A DNA stretch of 64,000 nt from an uncultured Spirochaetales bacterium (GTDB lineage Bacteria > Spirochaetota > Spirochaetia > Sphaerochaetales > Sphaerochaetaceae): the NCBI GenBank assembly GCA_949299185.1, contig CASFZR010000002.1, positions 4,514 to 68,513 of the forward strand, written 5' to 3'. The notes under the pieces are model-generated. The model was not told where the DNA came from and did no database searches. It worked only from the letters and a program-made list of their open reading frames with translations. Shown here piece by piece: positions 18,468 to 27,676 of the stretch; position 1 is the stretch's first letter; each line of letters begins with the position of its first letter. Position numbers and translations under genes: made by a program.

Positions 18468-20231
18468 ATGAGAACGCTACTGCACGGGATAAGCCTGAGA
18501 AGGAAGCTGCTGTTTCTGCAAGGCATCAGCCTGATCTTCACCATCCTGTCGCTCATCTTCATACTGCGCATCGAATACTATGGGGAGATAGGCTCGATCG
18601 CGGAGCGGTCCGACCAGATAGCGGAACAGGCCGCCTCTCGCGCGGCTCAGCTTTACCATGAGCAGGAGACGATAACGCTATTCCCGCTGCTTAGGGAAGC
18701 GAACGGCACGCCGAACGCTACGATGAACGTGCTTCTTGGCAACACGGAGGGGCCCGTCCTCTCATATCAGGAGATAAGGACACTGGAGACGGAGATGATG
18801 AACGTGCTGAGCCTGAACTCAACCATCGATTCCATCGCCGTGGTAAATATGGCTGGAACCGGCATGTTCATGGATCTTACGCGCACATACAATCGCTCTG
18901 AGACCATCAATCTAGGAAATGAGCAGCCATGGATGCAGAGAGTGCTGGACGCAAAGGGAACGCCTGTGCTGCTTACGGGGGAGATAGGGCTTCCTGACGG
19001 GGACCAGATCTACGCGGCAAGGGCGATCATCTACGCAGAGAAGTACATGCCCGTGGGATTCGTCGTGGCGGGAATCAGCATCGGGGATATCCAGAGGATA
19101 CTCGAGAGAAACCTCATACTGGCCGATCAGAGGGCCGCGCTCCTTGAGATACCTTCCGGGGATATGATCTACTCCTCCCTTCCCCTGGGATTCAGCCCCG
19201 CCCTGGATCAGCCATGGAGGATCATAGAGGACGGGTATATGCTTTCGTTCGCGCTATCGGAGGATGGACGCTTCCTGACACTAATAGCGACGCCGTACCT
19301 CACGCTTCTGAGATCCATCAGCATACCCTCCATAGTGATCCTGCTCCTCGCTGTTGCCTTCACGATATTCATGGCGGTATTCAGCAGGATGATCATACGG
19401 AGCATCCAGAGTTCCGTGAGCCATATAATCAGCTCTGTCAGGAAGCTCGGAAAAGGAGACTTCTCGGTCAGGATAGAGGATCTGCAGTCACCTGAGATGC
19501 AGGAGATCGGCACGGCGCTCAACAGCATGTCGGATGAGATAAGCAATCTGATCCAGACCGTGTACAAGAAGAACCTTGAGATGAAGGAGTCGGAACTGCA
19601 GGTGCTTCGCAGCCAGATCAACAGGCACTTCCTCTACAACACCCTCGATTCGGCACGCATGACAGCCTACAGGAACAGCGACAGGACTGTATACCAGATA
19701 CTCACCGAGCTGTCTGAGCTGCTGAAGTACGGGCTGACAAGGTCAAATGATCTCGTAACGCTCTCCGAAGAGGTGGAGAACGTGCGCCATTACGTGCTGA
19801 TATCGAACATAAGATCACAGGGAGAGATAACGCTGAACACCGTGATCGAAGGAAGCTTAAGCCTCCGCCTGCCCCGCATAACCCTTCAGCCGATCATAGA
19901 GAACAGCATCATCCATGGCTTCGACAGAGGCAGGCTGTCTGGAACCATAACGATATTCGCGTACAGATCCGGCAGGACCTCTGTCATAACGATAGCCGAT
20001 GATGGCGAGGGAATGGACAGAGAGCGCCTTGAAGAGGTCAGAGGGAGGCTCTTGCGCATGGATGATGGGGAGCTTCAGGAAGGGCATATCGGGCTGGGGA
20101 ACATACGACGCCGGCTCTCGCTTATCTTCCCAGACCGCTGCAGCATGGAGCTGAACGCGGTGGAAGGCAAAGGCTGTTCAGTAACGATCACGATAGAGGA
20201 TGAGGACGATGGAGATACTGATAGCAGATGA
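18468..20231 (+). CDS. Sensor histidine kinase, YesM-like (sensor + HAMP + His_kinase PF06580-type + HATPase)
   Basis: Start taken at MRTLLHG. Two TM segments flank a sensor domain. QINRHFLYNTLDS is the PF06580 H-box. C-terminal HATPase region (GHIGLGNIRRRL). Confidence 0.85.
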   Translation: MRTLLHGISLRRKLLFLQGISLIFTILSLIFILRIEYYGEIGSIAERSDQIAEQAASRAAQLYHEQETITLFPLLREANGTPNATMNVLLGNTEGPVLSYQEIRTLETEMMNVLSLNSTIDSIAVVNMAGTGMFMDLTRTYNRSETINLGNEQPWMQRVLDAKGTPVLLTGEIGLPDGDQIYAARAIIYAEKYMPVGFVVAGISIGDIQRILERNLILADQRAALLEIPSGDMIYSSLPLGFSPALDQPWRIIEDGYMLSFALSEDGRFLTLIATPYLTLLRSISIPSIVILLLAVAFTIFMAVFSRMIIRSIQSSVSHIISSVRKLGKGDFSVRIEDLQSPEMQEIGTALNSMSDEISNLIQTVYKKNLEMKESELQVLRSQINRHFLYNTLDSARMTAYRNSDRTVYQILTELSELLKYGLTRSNDLVTLSEEVENVRHYVLISNIRSQGEITLNTVIEGSLSLRLPRITLQPIIENSIIHGFDRGRLSGTITIFAYRSGRTSVITIADDGEGMDRERLEEVRGRLLRMDDGELQEGHIGLGNIRRRLSLIFPDRCSMELNAVEGKGCSVTITIEDEDDGDTDSR

Positions 20232-21546
20232 TGACAAGCTCATAACCCAGGGGATGTCGATGATGATCAAGGAGGCCTTTCCTGAGATATCTATAACGGA
20301 ATGCTATGATGGCATGAGCGCCTGGAACAGCATCGAGGAGAGGGCATATGACCTTGTGATCACGGATATGGAGATGCCGAGGCTGAGCGGGGAGGAGCTG
20401 ATCGAGAGGATAGACAGGGCCATCCCCATCCTCGTGATATCCTGCTACGATGACTACTCGAAGGTCCGCAACGCCCTTCTCCACGGAGCATCGGATTATC
20501 TTCTCAAGCCTGTGAACCAGGGGGAACTCATCGCCGCGATAAGAAGCATCCTCACGATATCATCAGAGGAGATTCCGGAAGGCAATGAGAAGGATGGAGG
20601 CATCATCCCTCTGCATCATACGGCAATGCTGCAGACCGATAGCAAGGAAGGCGCAGCACTGCTATCGAGGCTGGTATCTGCCATGGCCGCGGAGGATATC
20701 CCCTATCATCAAGAGCAGTATCAGAGGGAATATACCATCCTATCAAGCGACTCCGACTCGTTCAGGCCGCTTATGGAAGGCTTCCGATCACCGTTCCTTT
20801 CCATCCCGGCAGCGGAGGAGGAAGGAATGGACAGGGATGAGCTTGCCGCCATGCTATGCTCCAGGCTCATCGACACATTCAACGACATACATCCGCGGGA
20901 GCTTCCGGAGATATCAGCCACGGAGCTGTTCAGGAAGATGGCGGAAGCGGTATCCATGGGAAAGGAGCGTACCTTCACCCACTATGCGGATATGCTCGTG
21001 GACAGCTTCGCCTATCAGAGGGCCGCAAGGGAGTTCACGATCCGCTCGATATCGCTATGGTTCTACCAGATGCTTGAGGATAATCCGGACATGATACATA
21101 TACTCCAGAAGAACCTGTTTTCCGACATGGACTTCAACGAGGCCCTGATAAACAGCCATACGATAAGCGAGATACGGGAGGCCATGCACTCGATCATACC
21201 GTTCTATATCCAGCAGGCCCATATGAGCCCTGCGGAGGACATGAGGATCGAGAAGATACGGAGATACATAGCCGATAACCTAGGCAAGGATATATCACTT
21301 GAATCAACGGCCCGCATGCTTGAGATGCATCCCAACTACCTGTCAGCGTTCTTCAAGCAGAAGATGGGGATATCATTCAGGGATTACCTGAAGAAGGCCA
21401 GGATGGAGAAGGCTCAGGAGCTGATGAAGACCACGAATCTGAAGCTCTACCAGATAGCCGAGCTGGTCGGATACTCCGATCCGGCGCACTTCAGCCGTAC
21501 ATACAGGCAGGTATTCGGGACTAATCCGCTTTCGTGGAAGCAGTGA
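20200..21546 (+). CDS. Response regulator with AraC-type HTH output (YesN-like)
   Basis: REC domain (ILIADDD...DLVITDMEMPRLSG) plus a C-terminal AraC HTH (IAELVGYSDPAHFSRTYRQVFG). Overlaps the kinase gene. Confidence 0.85.
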   Translation: MRTMEILIADDDKLITQGMSMMIKEAFPEISITECYDGMSAWNSIEERAYDLVITDMEMPRLSGEELIERIDRAIPILVISCYDDYSKVRNALLHGASDYLLKPVNQGELIAAIRSILTISSEEIPEGNEKDGGIIPLHHTAMLQTDSKEGAALLSRLVSAMAAEDIPYHQEQYQREYTILSSDSDSFRPLMEGFRSPFLSIPAAEEEGMDRDELAAMLCSRLIDTFNDIHPRELPEISATELFRKMAEAVSMGKERTFTHYADMLVDSFAYQRAAREFTIRSISLWFYQMLEDNPDMIHILQKNLFSDMDFNEALINSHTISEIREAMHSIIPFYIQQAHMSPAEDMRIEKIRRYIADNLGKDISLESTARMLEMHPNYLSAFFKQKMGISFRDYLKKARMEKAQELMKTTNLKLYQIAELVGYSDPAHFSRTYRQVFGTNPLSWKQ

Positions 21547-22204
21547 GGAACACATCGGGGAACAGGGGCTTCAGCCTCTCCGCGATCATGGAGGCAGCCC
21601 ACTCCGCCCCTCTCGGCCTGAGGTGGGTGTCATCATCGTCCCCTTCCGGGTAGTTAGGATAGAGCCCGGCGTCAAATCGCATGAAGCACTCCTTTGAGCC
21701 TTCCTCCCCCATCGCCTGCAGGGCGACCATCGTAGGAACCGTCATGTCTATGCAGGGACATCCCGACTGATGAGCCGCGGCCTTAGCCGCCGCCGGATAG
21801 TCGCCATGGGTATCTATGATGAGGCCCTCTGAGAACCTGCGCCTGGCGATGGACGTGATGATAACGGGAAGGGCCCCCTTAGCCTTTATCCTGCTTGTGA
21901 TATAAACGAGATTGACGATGTACTCCGTCCATGGAGCGGAGTATCTTGAGGGATCCTCGGCCTTGCTGTCGTTATGTCCGAACTGCAGCAGCACGATATC
22001 GCCGGAGGAAAGGCAATCCAATGCCTCCTGGAAGATGCCACGGGCTATCATATCCTTGGTGGCAAGGCCGTTGATGGCACGGTTATCGACCGTCCAGCCT
22101 TCCCTGACGAATCGCGGAAGCATCTCTCCCCATCCGGTCTCCGGACGCGCGTCAGGACGCTTTGCGGCGCAGGTGGAATCACCAAGAAGCATTATCCTAG
22201 GCAT
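21521..22204 (-). CDS. SGNH/GDSL hydrolase, rhamnogalacturonan acetylesterase-like (CE12)
   Basis: 227 aa. SGNH blocks LLGDSTC, FGHNDS and DDDTHL. Confidence 0.8.
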   Translation of the reverse strand: MPRIMLLGDSTCAAKRPDARPETGWGEMLPRFVREGWTVDNRAINGLATKDMIARGIFQEALDCLSSGDIVLLQFGHNDSKAEDPSRYSAPWTEYIVNLVYITSRIKAKGALPVIITSIARRRFSEGLIIDTHGDYPAAAKAAAHQSGCPCIDMTVPTMVALQAMGEEGSKECFMRFDAGLYPNYPEGDDDDTHLRPRGAEWAASMIAERLKPLFPDVFLTASTKAD

Positions 22205-22263
22205 GGTATCCCCCAGAGAAAGAAACAGCGTGCCGAAGCACGCTGCTATCCGTATCTGCTGGC

Positions 22264-23295
22264 TTAGCGCTGTACGCGGCCAGAGCCATCGCCTTCAGCC
22301 AGTGCCTTGACCTCAGAGAGGCGGGTAAGGTTGAAGTCTCCGAAGATGGAGTGCTTGAGGCAGGAAGACGCGACAGCGAAGTTGATCGCATACTGCTCGT
22401 CCTCGAAGTGGGAAAGAGCATAGATGATACCAGCCGCGAAGCTGTCTCCACCGCCTACGCGATCGACGATATCCGTGATCTCATAGTGTCTGGAAAGATA
22501 GAATCCCGTCTTTCCGGAAAGCGCTGCGGACCAGCCATTGTGATCTGCGCTCTTGGACTCGCGGAGCGTGATAGCCACGACGGAAACGTTCGGGAACTGC
22601 TCCTTGACCTTTGCCGCAAGCTCCTCGTAGACCTTCGTGTCGAGCTTGCCGGAGGTGACATCGCTGTCAGCCTCGATGCCGAGGCACTTCTGGATGTCCT
22701 CTTCGTTGGCGATGACGACATCAGCATACTTGGTAAGCTCCCTCATCACCTCTGGAGCGGTCTTGCCATAGTTCCAGAGCTTCTTGCGGAAGTTGAGGTC
22801 GATGGATACGGTGGCACCGGCCTTCTTGGCAGCCTTCATGGCCGCGAGCGCGCAGTCTGCCGCGCCCTGGCTGATAGCAGGAGTGATGCCTGTGGTATGG
22901 AACCAGGTCGCGCCCTTCATGATCGCATCGAAATCGAAGTCGGAAGGAAGCGCCTTGGCGATAGCGGACTCAGCGCGGTCATATACGACGAGGGAAGGCC
23001 TCTGGTTAGCACCGGTCTCAAGGAAGTAGATACCAAGCCTTCCACCCTTCACCTTCTTGATAGCAGAGGTGTCCACGCCATACTTCATCAGCTCCCTCTC
23101 GGCAGCCTCGCCTACGGCATTCTCTGGGAGTGCCGAAACGAATACGGCATCCTCTCCGAAGATGGAAAGGGAGACAGCGACATTAGCCTCTCCGCCACCG
23201 AACGTGGCTTCCAGGGATGGTGTCTGGAAAAGACGATAGAGTTCAGGGCTTCTGAGGCGAAGCATGATTTCACCGAATGTAACGTATTTGGACAT
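22264..23295 (-). CDS. kdgK: 2-dehydro-3-deoxygluconokinase (PfkB family)
   Basis: 343 aa. PfkB signature [12 protein letters not shown] near the C-terminus. Divergent from eda. Confidence 0.85.
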   Translation of the reverse strand: MSKYVTFGEIMLRLRSPELYRLFQTPSLEATFGGGEANVAVSLSIFGEDAVFVSALPENAVGEAAERELMKYGVDTSAIKKVKGGRLGIYFLETGANQRPSLVVYDRAESAIAKALPSDFDFDAIMKGATWFHTTGITPAISQGAADCALAAMKAAKKAGATVSIDLNFRKKLWNYGKTAPEVMRELTKYADVVIANEEDIQKCLGIEADSDVTSGKLDTKVYEELAAKVKEQFPNVSVVAITLRESKSADHNGWSAALSGKTGFYLSRHYEITDIVDRVGGGDSFAAGIIYALSHFEDEQYAINFAVASSCLKHSIFGDFNLTRLSEVKALAEGDGSGRVQR

Positions 23296-23434
23296 ACAAT
23301 CCTCCGATTAGATATTACAGTCAACTATTGTAGATTCCACTTGCCGAGTGGTCAAGGCGAAACGAAACGATGTTTCATTTTTCCTTGTCATATGATAAGA
23401 TAAACCATCAGGTTTCATAAGGAGCAGTTTGATT

Positions 23435-24397
23435 ATGACAAAAGACGAACTCTACACCTTCTTCCATGATTCTGGCATCGTTCCAGTAGTGAAGATCGAT
23501 GATGCGGAAAAGGCAGTGCCTCTCGCAAAGGCAATGATCGACGGAGGTATCAACTCAGCCGAGATCACATTCAGGACGGCGGCAGCTGAGGAAGCCATCA
23601 GGAAGGTAACCGCGGCTTATCCGGACATGATCGTCGGAGCCGGAACGGTCATCAACCCGCAGCTCGCGGAGAAGGCCGTGGCAGCCGGTGCTAAGTTCAT
23701 CGTATCCGCAGGCTTCAACAGGGAGACGGTCGAGTGGTGTCTCTCCCATAACATCCCGGTAGTTCCAGGCGTATGCACGCCGTCTGAGATCGAGATGGGT
23801 CTTTCCATGGGCCTTGATGTCCTCAAGTTCTTCCCGGCAGAGGCTTCTGGCGGTGTCGCAATGCTCAAGGACCTCTCTGGTCCGTTCTCTCAGGTAAGGT
23901 TCATGACCACCGGCGGCATCAACCCGAACAACCTCCCCGACTACGCGAAGGCTTCCAACGTCCTCGCCATCGGCGGATCCTGGATGGTGAAGGCCGATCT
24001 CATCGCCAATGAGAACTGGGCTGAGATCACGAGGCTCTGCAAGGAAGCCAATGTGAAGCTCCAGGGTCTTGAGCTTGCCCATGTTGGCATCAACCTCCCG
24101 GATGCGGATGCCGCGGCTGGCGTCGCTGACGAGTTCGCTAAGCTTGGCCTTGAGATCAAGAACGGCAATAGCTCCATCTTCATGAACAAGGAGATCGAGG
24201 TCATGAAGAAGAACTACCTCGGCAAGAACGGCCACCTCGCCTTCAGGTGCTATGATCTTGAGAGAACCGTCTACTTCCTCAAGAACAAGGGATTCACCGT
24301 CAACGAGGAGACCGTCGCATATGATGCGAAGGGCAGGATGAAGGTCTGCTATCTCAACGAGGAGATCGGCGGCTTCGCTATCCATCTCGTAAAGTAA
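23435..24397 (+). CDS. eda: KDPG/KHG aldolase fused to a C-terminal VOC (glyoxalase-like) domain
   Basis: ATG 23435 with RBS AAGGAG. Aldolase motifs GINSAEITFRT, GAGTV and VLKFFPA. About 110 extra C-terminal residues (LELAHVGINLPD...GHLAFRCYDLERTVYFLKNKGF) look VOC-like. Confidence 0.8.
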   Translation: MTKDELYTFFHDSGIVPVVKIDDAEKAVPLAKAMIDGGINSAEITFRTAAAEEAIRKVTAAYPDMIVGAGTVINPQLAEKAVAAGAKFIVSAGFNRETVEWCLSHNIPVVPGVCTPSEIEMGLSMGLDVLKFFPAEASGGVAMLKDLSGPFSQVRFMTTGGINPNNLPDYAKASNVLAIGGSWMVKADLIANENWAEITRLCKEANVKLQGLELAHVGINLPDADAAAGVADEFAKLGLEIKNGNSSIFMNKEIEVMKKNYLGKNGHLAFRCYDLERTVYFLKNKGFTVNEETVAYDAKGRMKVCYLNEEIGGFAIHLVK

Positions 24398-24420
24398 GCA
24401 TCACAGGCTTGCATAAGAAA

Positions 24421-24450
24421 AGGCTCTGCTTCGCGGCAGGGCCTTTCCTT
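24421..24450 (+). terminator. Intrinsic terminator after eda
   Basis: AGGCTCTGC / TTCGCG / GCAGGGCCT (9-bp stem with one G-U pair) followed by TTTCCTT. Confidence 0.6.
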
Positions 24451-24564
24451 ACACGAATTGCCCATTGCCTGATTAGATTGATGTATTTACTAATCAAAGG
24501 ATAATGACTGAGCAAAATCAATTGGCTCTATCATATCGACCTGTTAAGATATTCATCACAGGTA

Positions 24565-26028
24565 ATGATAATGCAGAACAATAATGACTACGATCTCATC
24601 AAGGTTATTTGTGCGCTTCCTCATGAAACAAGCTGGGTCGAACTCAAAAAGGATAACTATAAGCCAGATATGATCGGCGAGGATATCAGCGCTCTAGCAA
24701 ATAGTGCGGTAATCGCAGATCGCTCCTGCAGTTACATGATATGGGGCATCGATGATATAACACATGAAGTCATCGGTACAAATGATGATCTGCAGACTAT
24801 CAAGATAGGTAACGAAGAGCTAGAAAACTGGCTCCGGCATCAATTATCATCAAATGCTGACTTCTCAGTTCGAATGACAGATTTTGAAGGCAAGAATGTC
24901 CTCATCATCGAAATATGCAAACCTTTAGGACTGCCGGTTACATTTAAGAAAGAAGAATACATCCGAGTGGGTAGCTATACAAAGAAATTAAGAGATCTTC
25001 CAACGCTTAAAGCCCAGCTTTGGGATAAATTACGTAATACGAACTTTGAGATGCAGTATGCAAGGCAGAATCTAACCCTTACTGAAGCTTTTGGCCTTAT
25101 AGACTACTCCGTATACTTCAATCTAAGGAAGCTTACAATTCCATCTGATAATGAGGGCATTGCTCATTTCCTACTCGAAGAAGGAATCCTTGCCATTCAG
25201 GATAATGGAAAATATGCGATTACTAACTTAGGGGGGATTACATTAGCTAGGCAACTATCATCATTTCCTCGACTTGAGAGGAAAGCCCTACGACTAGTCC
25301 AATATGAAAATCAAAACAGGATGACCATGCTCAAGGAAATCGTTATCGAAAAAGGGTATGCCGTCTGTATGGAAGAAGCATTAACCTACATTTACGCAAT
25401 GACCCCGACAAAAGAAGAAATCAAAGGGCCGTATCGTGAAACCAAGTTTGCTTATCCTCCAACAGCCGTAAGGGAAGCTTTAGCAAACGCTCTTATCCAC
25501 CAAGATTTTACAATCACAGGAGCAGGACCAACTGTTGAAATCTTCAACACCAGGATTGAGATTACAAATCCCGGGGCACCATTAATTGATATATTACGCC
25601 TCATAGATAATCCTCCAAAATCAAGGAATGAAAAATTATCAACATTGATGAGACGTCTAAGTCTTTGTGAAGAACTAGGATCTGGCTGGGATAAGATAAT
25701 AATAACAACAGAAGCGATGCAGCTTCCTGCTCCCAAGATGATTCCCTACGAGACAAACACAAAAGTCATACTGTATTCAACGATCCCATTCAACATGATT
25801 CCGAAGGAAGAGAAGATCTGGGCAACATTCATGCATGCTTGCATAATGCATATCCAAGGAAATGCCATGACAAACAAGTCATTACGTGATAGATTTGGGC
25901 TCGCAAATACTGCTTCCGCCAGTATTTCAAGGCTTATAAAAGAAACTCTTAGAAAAGAACTGATCAAGCCTTTTGATGAATCGGTATCCTCAAATAGAAT
26001 GATGAAGTACATTCCATTCTATGCCTGA
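24565..26028 (+). CDS. AlbA_2 (Schlafen-like) + HATPase_c_4 + C-terminal wHTH protein (putative DNA-binding/ATP-binding regulator)
   Basis: 487 aa. N-terminus HETSWVELKKD resembles the AlbA_2 E..lEfK motif. AVREALANALIHQDF resembles HATPase_c_4. The C-terminal basic helical region is wHTH-like. Confidence 0.7.
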   Translation: MIMQNNNDYDLIKVICALPHETSWVELKKDNYKPDMIGEDISALANSAVIADRSCSYMIWGIDDITHEVIGTNDDLQTIKIGNEELENWLRHQLSSNADFSVRMTDFEGKNVLIIEICKPLGLPVTFKKEEYIRVGSYTKKLRDLPTLKAQLWDKLRNTNFEMQYARQNLTLTEAFGLIDYSVYFNLRKLTIPSDNEGIAHFLLEEGILAIQDNGKYAITNLGGITLARQLSSFPRLERKALRLVQYENQNRMTMLKEIVIEKGYAVCMEEALTYIYAMTPTKEEIKGPYRETKFAYPPTAVREALANALIHQDFTITGAGPTVEIFNTRIEITNPGAPLIDILRLIDNPPKSRNEKLSTLMRRLSLCEELGSGWDKIIITTEAMQLPAPKMIPYETNTKVILYSTIPFNMIPKEEKIWATFMHACIMHIQGNAMTNKSLRDRFGLANTASASISRLIKETLRKELIKPFDESVSSNRMMKYIPFYA

Positions 26029-26030
26029 GC

Positions 26031-26244
26031 CATTTGCTGGATATTTGCTATAGAGGCATTGAATGGTCGCGAAATCGCGAAAATCACGCTTGAAACAGGG
26101 GGTTGAATCCAGATGTACCCCTCATCTTTATTTGCTGGGTATTTGCTACTGAGGCATTGAATGATCGCGAAATCGCGAAAATCGCGCTTGAAACAGGGGT
26201 TGAATCCAGATGTACTCCTCATCTTTATTTGCTGGGTATTTGCT
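26031..26244. repeat. 97-98-bp tandem direct repeat, 2.2 copies
   Basis: Copies start at 26031, 26129 and 26226 (the third is partial). Copies 1 and 2 differ at only a handful of positions. Each copy has nested ATTTGCT x2 and TCGCGAAA x2-3 sub-repeats. The array starts 3 nt after the stop of the upstream gene. Confidence 0.9.
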
Positions 26245-26431
26245 AGCTGACAAAAGCTTATGCTACGAAAGCATCTTTTTAAGCTCTGAAATGAAGATGT
26301 TGCCTATTTTACATAACAGATTCTATTTGCTTGTTATTTGCTATTGCGTTGTGAAAACGATCGAACTAGATAATAAAATGATTCTCGGAGTATTTTCGAT
26401 TTTAGATCTCCTCATGTGTTAGTATAAGGCT

Positions 26432-27676
26432 ATGTTATCATCATTACGTCCAACCGTAGGCAACTCTAAAAAGCTGATATCCATAATTATCCTACTGATA
26501 TTACTTTACCTATGTATAGTTCTTACTATGGAGTCAAAGATCCTTTCATCCTTATCTACTGCCCGTGACATCAGGATACTCTCAATATTGACGATGGTCG
26601 TATCTGCCGCATGGCTCAGGAAAAGCAATGGATATATCGAGGGGATACTGGCCGTAGCCGGCATAATGATCATCACGCTGGTCTATTCCCTATGCTATGA
26701 GGAATCCGAAGGCATAGCCAAGGCCCTCACCTTCCTCTTCTGCCTATCGATAACCCTTAACGTATCGTGGATGCTGGCCGTCTTCTTCATACCGCTATGC
26801 ATCATCATCCAGCGCTATATGTTCTGGTTCTTCTTCCACTCTATGCCCTCGACAGGGATAACGCCCTTCCCGGATAGCAGCGAGAGCCTCCTGCTGTTCA
26901 TCCTCCTGATGCTGATAGGAATCACGTTCAACAGGCTGTACGAGGAAGCGATGATGCAGCAGGAGCTGATCGAACTGCACGGCAACACGATAAAGAAGCT
27001 GACAGCATCCAACCTGAGCTTCCTTAAGTACGCCAGCAAGATAAAGCACAAGACGCTGTCGGCGGAAAGAGCCAGGGTCACAAGGGAGCTTCATGATGTG
27101 AACGGAGGGCCGCTGATCAACATCATAGCGATGTGCGATGCCGTCCAGAGGCGTCCGCCGGAATCACAGGAGGAGCAGCTTGAGCTCTATGGGTGGATAA
27201 GGGACCAGGCATCGAAATGCCTAAGAGAGACGAGGAGCGTGCTTTACCAGCTCAGGGATCTCAATAGCTACAGGTATAGTGAGATAGACTCCCTGAAGAC
27301 CCTCATCGATACGTTCTCGCAGGCAACGGGAATCGAGATAGCATGCAACTGGGGGAACCTTGCGCGCATAAGGCTGAACGACATAAACGAATCAATATAT
27401 AAGATAATACAGGAATCCCTCATAAACTCATTCAAGCATGGTAAGGCGAGCAAGATAGAGATATCATTCTGGGCGATGGATGGTATGCTGAATATCACGA
27501 TACAGGATAACGGAAGGGGGGCACCGATGAACTATTCGAAGGGAATCGGTCAGACAGGGATGGCTGACCGGATAGCAAGGCTGAACGGAAGGATAGAATT
27601 CATATCATCACCTCTGGGATACATGACCATCGTCAATATCCCGCTAACGAAGGTTTCATTAGATGAGAAAGCTTAA
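26432..27676 (+). CDS. Membrane sensor histidine kinase, HisKA_3 (NarX/LiaS/DesK-type)
   Basis: 414 aa. About 5-6 N-terminal TM segments, H-box RVTRELHDVNGGPL, and a C-terminal HATPase (QDNGRG...GIGQTGMADR). Confidence 0.8.
   Translation: MLSSLRPTVGNSKKLISIIILLILLYLCIVLTMESKILSSLSTARDIRILSILTMVVSAAWLRKSNGYIEGILAVAGIMIITLVYSLCYEESEGIAKALTFLFCLSITLNVSWMLAVFFIPLCIIIQRYMFWFFFHSMPSTGITPFPDSSESLLLFILLMLIGITFNRLYEEAMMQQELIELHGNTIKKLTASNLSFLKYASKIKHKTLSAERARVTRELHDVNGGPLINIIAMCDAVQRRPPESQEEQLELYGWIRDQASKCLRETRSVLYQLRDLNSYRYSEIDSLKTLIDTFSQATGIEIACNWGNLARIRLNDINESIYKIIQESLINSFKHGKASKIEISFWAMDGMLNITIQDNGRGAPMNYSKGIGQTGMADRIARLNGRIEFISSPLGYMTIVNIPLTKVSLDEKA

Noticed and set aside
22351-23403. 350-aa plus-strand ORF
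   Set aside because: It is antisense to kdgK, which has the PfkB signature. The ORF has no motif.
26031-26244. Possible CRISPR array
   Set aside because: The units are contiguous 97-98-bp copies with no unique spacers between short repeats, and no cas genes are nearby. This is a tandem duplication, not a CRISPR array.
26019-26422. 67-aa minus-strand and 70-aa plus-strand ORFs in the repeat region
   Set aside because: They lie within or start inside the 98-bp tandem repeat. They have no RBS and their composition is repeat-driven. I treated this region as non-coding.
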